From Victivallales bacterium (lineage in GTDB: Bacteria > Verrucomicrobiota > Lentisphaeria > Oligosphaerales > Oligosphaeraceae): 45,163 bases of DNA. How positions within the stretch are numbered: position 1 is the first letter of the stretch; the number at the start of each line of letters is the position of its first letter. Below, in pieces: positions 1 to 10,012 of the stretch. The DNA lies in the NCBI GenBank assembly GCA_900769285.1, contig CAAGGB010000279.1:1-45163 (forward strand), in the 5' to 3' direction. The notes under the pieces were generated by a model. It saw nothing but the letters and a program-made list of their open reading frames with translations. It was not told the DNA's origin and made no database searches. A program made the position numbers and the translations under genes.

Positions 1-2
1 CA

Positions 3-1739
3 CTCTGGGCACAGACCGCCCTCGAACGCCTCTCCGCCTTCATCGACTACTGCGAAAACACGTGGACAGACCACATCCTCGGATACCACTCCGGCTTCGG
101 CAACTGCGCCGAACACGTCTGGTTCTGGAACAACTACGCCGGCGACTACACCCCCGCCATGCAACGCGCCTTCCGTGACTTCCTCCGCGAACGCTACCAC
201 GACGACGACGCCCTCCGACAAGCCTGGAACGACCCCACCGCCACCCTCGACCACGCAACCACCCCGCCCCCGCAGGTCTTCGCCGGCTTCTCACCAGACT
301 CACTCCTCCATCCCCTCCGCGACCGCGCCGTCATCGACTTCTACCAGTGCCAGTGCCATCTCATGGCCAGCCTCGTCACCGAACAGGCCCGCACCGTCAA
401 GGACACCCTCCGACGACTCGGACGACAGAAGCTCTTCGGCGCCTTCTACGGCTACGTCAGCCTCCCCACCAACAGCCAGTCACACTTCGCCGTCGCCCAC
501 GACGAGCACCAGACCGTCCTCGACTGCCCCGACCTCGACTACCTCGCCGCACCCATCGCCTACCAGGCCCGACAGCCCGGCGGCGTCTGCCACGGACAGG
601 TCATGCCCGGCTCCATCCTCTGCCACGGCAAGCTCTACTACGCCGAGGACGACACCGGAACCCAGCTCTCCTCCACCCGACACAATGTCATGCCCGCCTC
701 CTTCGCGCAGACTGACGCACTCCTCCGCCGGAACTTCCTCGACGCCTGGCGCTCCGGCGGCACCCAGTGGTTCATGGACCTCTTCGGCGAGGGCTCCTTC
801 CGCTCCCCCGACCTCATGGACACCATCCGCCAGCTCACCCAGTTCGCCCAGCGACACCTCGACGACCGCCAGTCCATCGCACAGGTCGCCGTCCTCATCT
901 CCGACCGCTCCCTCTCCGTCTCCCGCACCCTCGACGTCCTCTCCGGCTCCATGCTCGAACTCCAGCTCCAGGAGGTCGCCGCCATCGGCGCACCCTTCGA
1001 CGCCTTCCGACTCGAGGACCTCCCGCAGCTCGTCAGCCAGGGGCGACTCGCCCAGTACCGGCTCGTCCTCCTCCCCAACGCACACCTCATCGCGGATCAC
1101 CTCCGTGAACTCATCGACCGCCACCTCAAGGCCGACGGCCGAACCCTCATCTGGGTCCACGCCCCCGACGTCTGGCACCACGACGGCTTCTCCACCGAAC
1201 ACGTCTGCCGCATGACCGGCATGCGTCTCGTCCCCTGCACCAGCACCTCCTCCATGCTCACCGAGACGCTCGTCATCGGACAGCGGCTCCTCTATGGCCC
1301 CCACCGCAGCGTCAGCCCACGCCTCTATGGCGCCGACCCCAACGCCGAGTCGCTCGGCTACGGCGTCGACGCCACCGCCATCCCCCTGCGCGAAGGCTCC
1401 GACGGCGCCACCCTCCTCCGCAAGACCTTCCCCACCTGGACCTCCATCTGGTCCGCCTCACCCACCCTGCCCGCCGCCCTCCTCCAGCACCTCGCCCAGG
1501 ACGCCGGCGTCCACCTCTACTCCCGACGCGGAGACCACGTCAGCGCCGCCTCGAACTGGCTCGCCGTCCACGCCAAATGGGACGGCGACCTCACCCTCCA
1601 CCTCACTCCCGAACAGGCCGCCTCCGACTGGCACAACGCCTTCACCGACGAGCCCGTCACCGTCGCGCCGGACCACACCATCACCCTCGCCCTCCGCCGA
1701 GGACAGACCGTCGCCCTCGAACGAAACCACACACCCTGA
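3..1739 (+). CDS. Putative glycoside hydrolase, GH42/beta-galactosidase-like (5'-truncated by window edge; C-terminal ~578 aa present)
   Basis: Open frame runs from the window edge to TGA at 1737-1739 with the same C-ending codon bias as neighbours. The segment MQRAFRDFLRERYHDDDALRQAWNDP resembles the F-R-x-W-L-x-x-K-Y-G-x-L-x-x-L-N-x-A-W motif that follows the catalytic barrel in GH42 beta-galactosidases. Family call is from memory of that motif only. Confidence 0.55.
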   Translation, partial: LWAQTALERLSAFIDYCENTWTDHILGYHSGFGNCAEHVWFWNNYAGDYTPAMQRAFRDFLRERYHDDDALRQAWNDPTATLDHATTPPPQVFAGFSPDSLLHPLRDRAVIDFYQCQCHLMASLVTEQARTVKDTLRRLGRQKLFGAFYGYVSLPTNSQSHFAVAHDEHQTVLDCPDLDYLAAPIAYQARQPGGVCHGQVMPGSILCHGKLYYAEDDTGTQLSSTRHNVMPASFAQTDALLRRNFLDAWRSGGTQWFMDLFGEGSFRSPDLMDTIRQLTQFAQRHLDDRQSIAQVAVLISDRSLSVSRTLDVLSGSMLELQLQEVAAIGAPFDAFRLEDLPQLVSQGRLAQYRLVLLPNAHLIADHLRELIDRHLKADGRTLIWVHAPDVWHHDGFSTEHVCRMTGMRLVPCTSTSSMLTETLVIGQRLLYGPHRSVSPRLYGADPNAESLGYGVDATAIPLREGSDGATLLRKTFPTWTSIWSASPTLPAALLQHLAQDAGVHLYSRRGDHVSAASNWLAVHAKWDGDLTLHLTPEQAASDWHNAFTDEPVTVAPDHTITLALRRGQTVALERNHTP

Positions 1740-1894
1740 CGCGCGGCACCCCAACGAACCACGCCAAATCAGCGCCGCCCGCCACGAATTCCCGCCTGGC
1801 TGCCATAGTGAAACACGCCAGCCGCATTATATTTTCCCCCTGACGTCATCCACCAGCCACAACCTCCACACCTCAGCAAGCAGAGCCATTCACC

Positions 1895-3913
1895 ATGCGC
1901 CTCCACGAGCTTTTCACCGCCATCGGCGAGCATTTTGCCGCCGGCTTCTTCCGCCACCCCAACGAGACCTACCTGGCGCGCCACGCAAACGCCCTCTCGG
2001 AGGTCCTCACCCAGGCGCCCCTCCCCGACTACCGCGGCACACGGCTCTACCCGCAGGGACGCGCCTCCATCTGGAACCCGCGCTTCGACGCCGTCTTCAC
2101 CTTCTCCTACTACTACTCCACCCGCCTCAGCCAGCCCGCCTACGAGCTCTGCCGCAAAAAGGCCGACGCCGCACACCTCACCCTCGACCCCACCCTCGAC
2201 AAGCAGCTCCGCATGGCTACCCAGGAAAAGGCCTTCACCGTCAACAACCTCCGTGGCTGGACCCACTCCGTTCTCAACTACGAGCGCATCCTCCACGACG
2301 GACTCGACCGCTACGCCGAACGACTCCAGCAAGACCTCCCATCCCATCCCAAATTCTGCGCCCCACTCCTCCAGGTCGTCCGCGCCATCCAGACCCACAT
2401 CGGACGCTGCGAGACGCTCCTCCGCAACGCCGGCGCCAACGACCTCGCCGACATCTTCGCCCAAATGGCGCACCACCCCGCCCAGAACCTCCGCCAGGCC
2501 TTCGTCTACTTCAACTACTTCTGGTTCATCGACGACCCCGACTCCGCCGGACGAATGGACGCCGTCCTCCAGCAATACCCCAACAACCTCTCCGACGACG
2601 ACATCCAGGCCCATTTCCGCGAATTCTGGCAGTCCTTCGACCTCCTCAGCGTCTGGAACGTCACCTTCGACACCCACCTGCCCTGGATGCACCACGCACT
2701 CCTCGCACAGCGCAACCTCTCCCGACCCGGCGCCTCCGCTCTCATCGACGACGACACCCCGCAGCAGGCCTGGGACGACATCTTCGACTCCTGGCTCTCC
2801 GGAAACTCCAGCCCCGCACTCTACTGCCGACCCAACTACTACCGCGGACTCAACACCCAGTGGAACGTCCGACCCGAGGACTTCCCCGGACTCTCCTACG
2901 GCGGCTGCACCGAACTCATGATCATGGGCAAGTCCAACGTCGGCTCCACCGACGGCGACCTCCACGCACTCAATGTCCTCGCCTCCACGCCCATCCTCCA
3001 CAACTCCTTCGACGACTTCTACCGACACTACCTCGACGCCCTCCGCGAAATGGCACACCAGGAGGTCGACCGCTGCCAGCTCGGACACCAGGTCGCCGCC
3101 ATGTACCAGCCCAACCTCATCCGCACCCTCTTCACCGAGGACTGCATCGACTCACACACCGAATTCAACGCCGGCGGCGCCCGCTACAACCTCGGACTCA
3201 TCGGAGTCACCGGACTCTCCAACGCCGTCAACGCCATCTACAACATCCGACTCGCCTACGAGGGACGTTTCTCCATCCACCGACTCGCCACCGCCCTCGA
3301 GGACAACTTCCAGCACGACACCGAACTCCTCGAACTCCTCAAGGCCACGCCCAAATTCGGCAACGACCACGACGACCTCGACGACCTCGCCACCCGCTTC
3401 ATCGACGACGTCTTCGCCATCGTCCGCGCCGAATCCCGCCCCGACCGCACCTACATCCCCTTCATCAACCTCTTCACCACCTACGCCGAACGCGGCTCCT
3501 ACATCCCAGCCACCGCCGACGGACGACTCGCCGGCACGCCCGTCGGCGACTCCTTCGGCGCCGTCCAGGGCACCGACCACGCCGGCCCCACCGCCCTCCT
3601 CAACTCCGTCACCAAGCCCGACCAGCAGCGCGCCCTCGGCACCCCCGTCCTCAACCTCCGACTCCAGCGCGACATGCTCGCCACCCCACAGGCGCGCGCC
3701 CTCACCAAGGCCATGCTCATGACCTACTTCAAGCGCGGCGGACTCCAGGTACAGGTCTCCGTCCTCGACGCCGAGGCCATGCGCGACGCCCTCGACCACC
3801 CCGAACGCCATCCGCACCTCATGGTCCGCATCGGCGGCTACAGCGAGTACTTCACCCGACTCTCTCGAGCCGTCCAGCTGGAGGTCATCAAACGCACCGA
3901 GCACGCGCTCTGA
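1895..3913 (+). CDS. Glycyl radical enzyme (PFL2/eliminase-type GRE), 672 aa
   Basis: The C-terminus LQVQVSVLDAEAMRDALDHPERHPHLMVRIGGYSEYFTRLSRAVQLEVIKRTEH aligns residue-by-residue with the PFL glycyl radical domain (...[50 protein letters not shown]), with the radical Gly in RIGGY. A mid-protein loop GGCTELMIMG matches the G-C-x-E thiyl-Cys plus general-base Glu loop of eliminase-class GREs. Confidence 0.85.
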   Translation: MRLHELFTAIGEHFAAGFFRHPNETYLARHANALSEVLTQAPLPDYRGTRLYPQGRASIWNPRFDAVFTFSYYYSTRLSQPAYELCRKKADAAHLTLDPTLDKQLRMATQEKAFTVNNLRGWTHSVLNYERILHDGLDRYAERLQQDLPSHPKFCAPLLQVVRAIQTHIGRCETLLRNAGANDLADIFAQMAHHPAQNLRQAFVYFNYFWFIDDPDSAGRMDAVLQQYPNNLSDDDIQAHFREFWQSFDLLSVWNVTFDTHLPWMHHALLAQRNLSRPGASALIDDDTPQQAWDDIFDSWLSGNSSPALYCRPNYYRGLNTQWNVRPEDFPGLSYGGCTELMIMGKSNVGSTDGDLHALNVLASTPILHNSFDDFYRHYLDALREMAHQEVDRCQLGHQVAAMYQPNLIRTLFTEDCIDSHTEFNAGGARYNLGLIGVTGLSNAVNAIYNIRLAYEGRFSIHRLATALEDNFQHDTELLELLKATPKFGNDHDDLDDLATRFIDDVFAIVRAESRPDRTYIPFINLFTTYAERGSYIPATADGRLAGTPVGDSFGAVQGTDHAGPTALLNSVTKPDQQRALGTPVLNLRLQRDMLATPQARALTKAMLMTYFKRGGLQVQVSVLDAEAMRDALDHPERHPHLMVRIGGYSEYFTRLSRAVQLEVIKRTEHAL

Positions 3914-3946
3914 CCCGCCCCAACCCCACATCCCCCCCACACACAA

Positions 3947-3982
3947 CAGGACGGCCCGCCTCCTTCCGGAGACGGGCCGTCC
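3947..3982. terminator. Bidirectional hairpin between convergent genes (GRE and minus-strand membrane gene)
   Basis: Perfect 11-bp inverted repeat AGGACGGCCCG / CGGGCCGTCCT with a 14-nt loop, followed by TTGTCTG. It lies in the 119-bp gap between convergent stops at 3913 and 4033. The U-tract is weak. Confidence 0.5.
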
Positions 3983-4032
3983 TTGTCTGCCTGACCGCGC
4001 AGGCTCAGTCTGACGCCACCGCGCGGCGCGGC

Positions 4033-5196
4033 TCACGCCCCTCGCCAAGCGTGAAGGGCGCCTCCCACCAGCGCCGTGAACGGCGCCACCAGCACCAGCC
4101 CGAAGCTGCCCACCAGCGTCTTGACGCACTCCGCGGCCACATACGGGTTGTTGATGATGTCGCCCAGCCCCGTCCCCTGCGCCGCGAACACCATCAGCAG
4201 CGTCAGGTAGCCGCCCGAATACGCCAGCAGCAGCGTGGTCGTCATCGTGCCCACCACACTCTGTCCAATGCGCAGGCCGGACAGCGTCAGATCACGGCCG
4301 GAAATGCCCGGACGATGCCACGCCACCTCCTCCATGCCCGCCGCCACATCCATGCCCAAATCCATGACCGCGCCCGACGAGGCCAGGATGATGGCCCCCG
4401 CAAACAGCGCCTGCAGGTCGAGTCCCTCATAGCCCGAGTAGAGCAGCGCCGGCGCATACGGCATCCCCGCCGCGCTCACATGGAACAGCACCGTGAACAC
4501 CTCCGCCAGCGCACAGCCCGCCAGCACACCCAGCATCGAGCCCAGAAACGCCACCACGCCCTTGCGCGTCAGCCCCGCGACCAGAAAGATGATGACCGCC
4601 GTCAGCAGACACACGCACGCCACCGACACCGCCAGCGGCGAATGGCCGCGCAGACACAGCGGCACCACCAGCTTCCACACCGCCACGCAACTGAACACAA
4701 ACGACACCAGCGCCTTCAGCCCCGTCACCCCCGCGAACGCCAGCAGCAGCACGCAGAACAGACCGAACAGCAGCGCCGTCCAGCCCAGACGGTAGTGGTC
4801 CTGCGCCTGTATCACCGTCACGCCCGGCTCCGCGCCGTGCAGCATCGCCACCCACACCGCATCGCCGGGGACGAACATCTTGTCCAAATCCAACTGCGCC
4901 CGCAGCTCGTTGGCCGCGGGGAAGCGCTGGCCGGCATGGCGTCCTGTCCGCACCTCGACCTCGAGGCGCTGCGTGCCCATCAGCATCAGCCCCATGCGCT
5001 CCACGCCGCTGTCGTCCACCGACAGCACCACGGCACGCTCCTTCGTGCCCGGCTCCGGGTCGCGCGCCGGCATCAGCTCCAGCCGCGACAGCGCCACGCA
5101 CAGCAGCAGGAAGACCACGCAGGCCAGCCAGTCGCCACGGCGGCCGAGCAGCGTCCGCCGCCAGCCGCCGCCTCGCTCGTCCGTCAGACGGCTCAT
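4033..5196 (-). CDS. Polytopic membrane protein, possibly YibE/F family
   Basis: The ATG at 5196-5194 overlaps the stop of the upstream phoA-like gene (ATGA). The product has an N-terminal TM, a ~120-aa extracytoplasmic segment, then about 7 hydrophobic helices. The architecture resembles YibE/F-like proteins; the family assignment is tentative. Confidence 0.6.
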   Translation of the reverse strand: MSRLTDERGGGWRRTLLGRRGDWLACVVFLLLCVALSRLELMPARDPEPGTKERAVVLSVDDSGVERMGLMLMGTQRLEVEVRTGRHAGQRFPAANELRAQLDLDKMFVPGDAVWVAMLHGAEPGVTVIQAQDHYRLGWTALLFGLFCVLLLAFAGVTGLKALVSFVFSCVAVWKLVVPLCLRGHSPLAVSVACVCLLTAVIIFLVAGLTRKGVVAFLGSMLGVLAGCALAEVFTVLFHVSAAGMPYAPALLYSGYEGLDLQALFAGAIILASSGAVMDLGMDVAAGMEEVAWHRPGISGRDLTLSGLRIGQSVVGTMTTTLLLAYSGGYLTLLMVFAAQGTGLGDIINNPYVAAECVKTLVGSFGLVLVAPFTALVGGALHAWRGA

Positions 5197-6578
5197 CGCG
5201 CCAGCAGTTGCTTGAGAGTCACCGCGATGTGCGTGTTCTCGTAGTCGCCGGCGAAGCGCTCGGAGCCGACGCCATAGGCGGTGGTGATGACGGGCAACGC
5301 GCTGTGGCCGCCCGAGTGCCACACCGCGCCGCACTTGTTGTTGAACAGCTTGAGGCCGGCCAGCTTGAGCGCGTCCATGCCCTTCTTGGCCTTCCATGCG
5401 GCCACGCTCGCCTCATAGGCCTTCCGCAGCGACTCCAGCTCGGCCTCCTGCACGGCCAGCGGCCCCTTGCCACCGAAATCCAGCCCGAAGACGCGCTGCA
5501 GCGCCGGGATGCCGCAGGTCTCGAAGCTCGCCTGCTCGCCCGCGTTCCGAAGCTGCTCGCGCAGCACGCTGTTGAAGCGGTCGACGGAGCAGCTCTGACG
5601 CGCCAGCAGCTCCAGACGCTCCTCGTAGCCCGTGTTGGCGAAGCCCAGCGTCAGCGCGCCCGTCTCATGGTCGCCGGTGACGACGATGAGCGTCTCGTCG
5701 GGATGACGCTGCGCGAACTCGTAGGCCACCTTGACCGCCTTGTCAAGAGCCAGCGACTCGTGGACGGAGCCGGCCGCGTCGTTGGCATGGCCGCGCCAGT
5801 CGATGGCGCCGCCCTCGCACATCAGGAAGAACCCCTTGGGGTTGTCGAGCAGCTCGATGCCCTTGGCGACAAACTCATGCAGCTCGATGGTCTGGCTGTC
5901 GCGGTCGATGGCGGGCGGCAGCGCGCCGTTCGCGCCGCGGGCGAAGACCTTGCCCACTCCGGGGGCCAGCCGCTCAAACTCCTCGCGGGTGGAGGTCACG
6001 GTGTACCCGGCCTGCTTCGCCAGCTCGTAGATGTCGCCCTTGTAGGCGGGGTTCTTGCTGTCGTCGTTCTTGGCGCAGCCGCCGCCCGCGAAGTAGTCGA
6101 AGTTCGACGCGACGAGGTCCAGCCCCAGCTCGTAGTACTGTGAACGGTTCGGACGGTGGCCGTAGAACGCCGACGGCGTGGCGTGGTTGATCGTCACGCT
6201 CGTCACGATGCCAACCCTGCGCCCCGCGCGCTGCGCCACGTACGCCATGGACTCCAGCGGACGCTTGCCGTCCGGAGCCAGCCCGATGATGCCGTTGTTC
6301 GTCTTCTCGCCGCAGGCGATGGCCGTCCCCGAGGCCGCCGAGTCCGTGATCAGCGCGTTCGCCGAGCTCGTGCGCGTGCTCGCCCGAACCGGCAGGTGGT
6401 TGATGAGCAGCTGCTGACCCTCTCCCGCCGTCCGCTTCAGGAACGACTCCGCCAGCGTCCGCTGCGGCAGCGACATCCCGTCGCCAATGAACAGAAACAC
6501 ATACTTGGGGCTGTCCGCGCCCAGCGCGAGCACACACAGCAGACACCACACAGCAAGAATTCTCAGACGGCTTGACAT
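5193..6578 (-). CDS. phoA: Alkaline phosphatase (PhoA family), secreted
   Basis: Signal peptide MSSRLRILAVWCLLCVLALGA. Active-site motif DSAASGTA (Ser nucleophile) is present, together with IGDGMS, VTGDHETG and HSGGHSALPV metal-ligand motifs. The start was chosen at the internal Met of ORF 5193..6683, at the signal peptide. Confidence 0.9.
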   Translation of the reverse strand: MSSRLRILAVWCLLCVLALGADSPKYVFLFIGDGMSLPQRTLAESFLKRTAGEGQQLLINHLPVRASTRTSSANALITDSAASGTAIACGEKTNNGIIGLAPDGKRPLESMAYVAQRAGRRVGIVTSVTINHATPSAFYGHRPNRSQYYELGLDLVASNFDYFAGGGCAKNDDSKNPAYKGDIYELAKQAGYTVTSTREEFERLAPGVGKVFARGANGALPPAIDRDSQTIELHEFVAKGIELLDNPKGFFLMCEGGAIDWRGHANDAAGSVHESLALDKAVKVAYEFAQRHPDETLIVVTGDHETGALTLGFANTGYEERLELLARQSCSVDRFNSVLREQLRNAGEQASFETCGIPALQRVFGLDFGGKGPLAVQEAELESLRKAYEASVAAWKAKKGMDALKLAGLKLFNNKCGAVWHSGGHSALPVITTAYGVGSERFAGDYENTHIAVTLKQLLAR

Positions 6579-6739
6579 GAAAAACACCTTGACGTTCTTC
6601 CTTCTCGGAACAGGACTGTGGCCCGGCGGCCCATGGCCGCGTCGCACATCAACCAATATAGCCGAAGGCCCGCCGCCAGTCAACGCCGCCCGCCCCTTTT
6701 CCCGTTGCCACTCCGTTAGTCTCGCGTTATATTATCGGC

Positions 6740-6935
6740 AACGGACATTGACCTATCTGAGCTTCGCCTGTGTGAAGCACAAGGGAATCCAGTGAGAATC
6801 TGGAGCAGTCGCGCTACTGTGAGCGGGTACTGGAACGCTAGCCCCCAAGGGGGCGACAGGGGTCACTGGAGCCGTCCGGACGCAGCCTCGTCTGCGCCAC
6901 GGCCGCTCCGGGAAGGCTCTGCGCTCCGGGCTTGA
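6740..6935 (+). promoter_or_regulatory. Cobalamin (B12) riboswitch-like leader upstream of the TonB-dependent receptor
   Basis: AAGGGAATCCAGTGAGAATCTGGAGCAGTCGCGCTACTGTGAGCGGG matches the conserved core of cobalamin riboswitches (AAGGGAA..GGTGAAAATCC...CCCGC.RCTGT). The B12-box-like GTCACTGGA is downstream. It sits in the 490-bp leader of a btuB-type receptor gene. Confidence 0.65.
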
Positions 6936-7067
6936 ACCCGTGTAGTCAGGATATCTTGTACTGAGTTGCCGGTCCCCGCGTCAGGGACACGGCAGCACTG
7001 TCCCATGCCGACGCCAACCCGTCGGCGGCTCAGATGCAACCCAACCCCAAAAGAAAGGAACACGCAG

Positions 7068-9062
7068 ATGAGCAGACAGCACGCACTGCGGGCCCTCGGG
7101 CTCGCGGCTCTCGCCTCACGCCTCGCATGGGCACAGAGCCAACCACCACAGGCACCTCAGCCCGAGTCCGACGAACAGACCGCCGAACTCAAACCCATCG
7201 TCGTCCTCGCCGCCAAGACCGGAGCCCTCCAGACCTCCCTCGGACAGACCGTCGACATCGTCACCCGTGAGCAGCTCGACGTCGCCGGGTACCAGACCGT
7301 CACCGACGCACTCCGCGACCTCGCCGGCGTCGACTTCCGCTCCTACGGCCCCAACGACTCCGGCTCCGCCGCCATCAGCATCCGCGGCATGAGACCCTAC
7401 CACACACGCGTCCTCATCGACGGCATCCCCATCCACGACCAGTCCTCAACCCAGATGGGACCCGTCCTCGGCGGACTCCCGCTCAACGGCATCGACCGCA
7501 TCGAGGTCGTCAAGGGTCCCTCCAGCCTCCAGGGCTCCAGCGCCATGGGCGGCGTCATCAACATCGTCACCCGACGACCCGCCGAGGACGGACTCCACGG
7601 AACCGTCCAACAGGAGCTCGGCAGCCATGGCCGCGCCACCACCGGACTCCAGCTCCTCGGAAAGCACGGCCCCGTCGACTACCGACTCGACATCGGCAGA
7701 ACACGCGAACGCGGCATCTCCGCCGTCTACCGCGACACCAACGGCAAAATCAACCTCGACGACGACCACTACCGCGCCATGGTCTACGACGGACGCATCG
7801 GACTCCAGCTCGACGACCACTGGCGCGCCGAACTCTTCGGACGCTTCCAGGACATCGACGAGGAATACGACGACGGCTACGCCTACGGCGACTTCGTCTC
7901 GCCCGACACGGACGATGTCCTCGTCCGCCGCGCCATGGGCGGCGCCCTCCTCAAGGGCGACGGACTCCTCGACGGACTCCTCGACCTCTCCCTACAGGCC
8001 GCCGCCACCCGCGCCGACCGCATCTACCACACCCTCGCCGGACGTCAAGCCTCGCGCTACACCGGCGACCACCGCGAGGCTGAGCTCAAGGGCACCCTCC
8101 ACCTCACCGAATGGCTCGACCTCACCCTCGGAACCCAGTTCGAGGAGGACCAGATGCGCCGCTGCGCCACCGGCAAGCACCGCGACATGAACCGCACCCA
8201 CCGCACCGCCTCCTACTACCTCGGACTCCAGGCCGAACCCGTCGAGAACCTCGTCCTCAACCTCAACGGACGACTCGTCGACCACTCCGAATTCGGCGCC
8301 GAGCTCGTCGGCGACGCCTCCGTCCGCTACCTCGTCGCCAAGACCGGCACCACCCTCCGCGCCAGCGCCGGACGCGGCTACCGCACGCCCTCCCTCGACG
8401 AGCTCTACAACAACTACTCCTCCATGGGCTACCTCGTCCGCGGCAACCCCGACCTCGACCCCGAGACCAGCCTCTCCTGGGAGGCCGGCATCGAGCAGGA
8501 CCTCATCGGCAAGACCCTCCGCGCCGGCACCGCCTACTTCGAGAACCGCATCGACGACTACATCTCCACCGTCTCCGCCTACGACCCGAACACCTGGACC
8601 ACCGTCGCCACCTACGAGCAAATCAAGGGCGTCACCATCCGCGGACTCGAGAGCTTCATCGCCTGGGAGCCCATCCGCGACCAGCTCACCGTCCGACTCA
8701 CCCACACCTATCAGCGCGTCCGCAACGATGAGAACAGCAACCGCTTCCTCGCCTTCATCCCCAGGCAGAAGCTCGGCGCCGACCTCACCTTCCGCTGCCT
8801 CGCCGACAACGCCCTCGCCCTCAACCTCGGCGGCGTCTTCGTCGGCTCCCGCTGGAACAGCGACAACAAGACCAGCCGCGAGAAGCTCGACGACTACATC
8901 CTCCTCCACGCCGCCGCCTCCTACAAGCTCACCAAGCAACTGGAGCTCTCCTTCCGCATCGCCAACCTCCTCAACACCCGCTACACCGACATCAGCGGCT
9001 ACGGCACCATCTACGGCACCTACGGCCGAACCTACTACGCCGGCATCGCCTACACCTTCTGA
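7068..9062 (+). CDS. TonB-dependent outer-membrane receptor (BtuB-like, by context)
   Basis: Signal peptide, TonB-box-like ELKPIVVLAAK, plug-domain motifs (IEVVKGPSSLQGSSAMGGVINIVTR) and a C-terminal aromatic residue (...AGIAYTF). RBS AAAGGAA precedes the ATG at 7068. Confidence 0.9.
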   Translation: MSRQHALRALGLAALASRLAWAQSQPPQAPQPESDEQTAELKPIVVLAAKTGALQTSLGQTVDIVTREQLDVAGYQTVTDALRDLAGVDFRSYGPNDSGSAAISIRGMRPYHTRVLIDGIPIHDQSSTQMGPVLGGLPLNGIDRIEVVKGPSSLQGSSAMGGVINIVTRRPAEDGLHGTVQQELGSHGRATTGLQLLGKHGPVDYRLDIGRTRERGISAVYRDTNGKINLDDDHYRAMVYDGRIGLQLDDHWRAELFGRFQDIDEEYDDGYAYGDFVSPDTDDVLVRRAMGGALLKGDGLLDGLLDLSLQAAATRADRIYHTLAGRQASRYTGDHREAELKGTLHLTEWLDLTLGTQFEEDQMRRCATGKHRDMNRTHRTASYYLGLQAEPVENLVLNLNGRLVDHSEFGAELVGDASVRYLVAKTGTTLRASAGRGYRTPSLDELYNNYSSMGYLVRGNPDLDPETSLSWEAGIEQDLIGKTLRAGTAYFENRIDDYISTVSAYDPNTWTTVATYEQIKGVTIRGLESFIAWEPIRDQLTVRLTHTYQRVRNDENSNRFLAFIPRQKLGADLTFRCLADNALALNLGGVFVGSRWNSDNKTSREKLDDYILLHAAASYKLTKQLELSFRIANLLNTRYTDISGYGTIYGTYGRTYYAGIAYTF

Positions 9063-9091
9063 CACCCTCACCTCACCCACGACCGGCCAGC

Positions 9092-10012
9092 ATGAACAGC
9101 ACCCGAAGCCACCTCTCACTCGCAGCGGCAGCCCGACTCCTGCTCCTGCTGGCCGTCGCGCTCACCGGTGGCTGCGCACCCCATGCGCAGCCACCCACAC
9201 AGCCCACCGCCGAGCGCATCATCTCGCTCGCGCCCTCCCTCACCGAAACCCTCTTCGCCCTCGGACTCGGAGACCGACTCGTCGCCGACACCCAGTACTG
9301 CGTCACCCCCGAGGCCGCCAAGGCCCTCCCTAAGGTCGGAGCCTGGAACGACGCCAGCGCCGAGCAGCTCCTCGCCCTCAAGCCCACCGCCGTCTGCCTC
9401 GCCGACACCCACCCACAGCGCGAACGACTCGCCGCCGCCGGACTCCCGCTCGTGCCCGTCCGCGGACAGACCCTCGCCGACGCGATCGCCGCCGTCCTCA
9501 CCCTCGGACAGGCCTTCGGACGACAGGCCGACGCGGAACGGCTCCACGCCAGCCTCCTCGACAGCCAGGAGACCCTCCGCCAGAGCCAGGCCGGCCTCCC
9601 ACGCCTCCGCCTCCTCGTCGTCATCTCCCGCACACGGGGCGAGGGACGCCTCCGCGACCTCATCGTCGCCGGCGACGACGGCTACTTCCGCCAACTCGCC
9701 GAACTCCTCCACTGCGACCTCGTGCCCACCGGCACCGGCGCCGCATACCCCGCCGTCAGCGCCGAGGGCATCCTCGCCATCAACCCCGACGCCATCGTCG
9801 AAATCGCCCCCGAATGGGAGCCCAGAGGCGAGCCCGGACGCGAACAGCTCGCACAGGAATGGCGACAGGCACTCCCCACCCTCAAGGCCGCACAGCCCGG
9901 ACGCATCCTCGTCTTCACCGAAAACGACGCCACCGTCCCCGGACTGCGAACCATCGCCTTCGCCAGACGACTCGCCGACCAACTGCGAACCCTCCGCACA
10001 CCCATGCCATGA
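9092..10012 (+). CDS. Periplasmic substrate-binding lipoprotein, BtuF/FecB (class III, TroA-like) family
   Basis: Lipoprotein-type signal (..LAVALTGGC). ERIISLAPSLTETLFALGLGDRLVADTQYC is the hallmark N-terminal motif of BtuF/siderophore-binding proteins. Its stop overlaps the next start (ATGA at 10009-10012). Confidence 0.8.
   Translation: MNSTRSHLSLAAAARLLLLLAVALTGGCAPHAQPPTQPTAERIISLAPSLTETLFALGLGDRLVADTQYCVTPEAAKALPKVGAWNDASAEQLLALKPTAVCLADTHPQRERLAAAGLPLVPVRGQTLADAIAAVLTLGQAFGRQADAERLHASLLDSQETLRQSQAGLPRLRLLVVISRTRGEGRLRDLIVAGDDGYFRQLAELLHCDLVPTGTGAAYPAVSAEGILAINPDAIVEIAPEWEPRGEPGREQLAQEWRQALPTLKAAQPGRILVFTENDATVPGLRTIAFARRLADQLRTLRTPMP

Noticed and set aside
175-1215. 346-aa alternative-frame ORF (PST-rich) inside the glycosidase gene
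   Set aside because: It is a low-complexity off-frame product. The frame starting at position 3 has the conserved-looking GH42-like motif and consistent codon bias.
1294-5244. 1316-aa plus-strand ORF spanning the GRE and membrane-protein region
   Set aside because: Its translation is Pro/Arg/Ser/Thr-rich low-complexity text typical of an off-frame read of high-GC DNA. It overlaps two well-supported genes on both strands.
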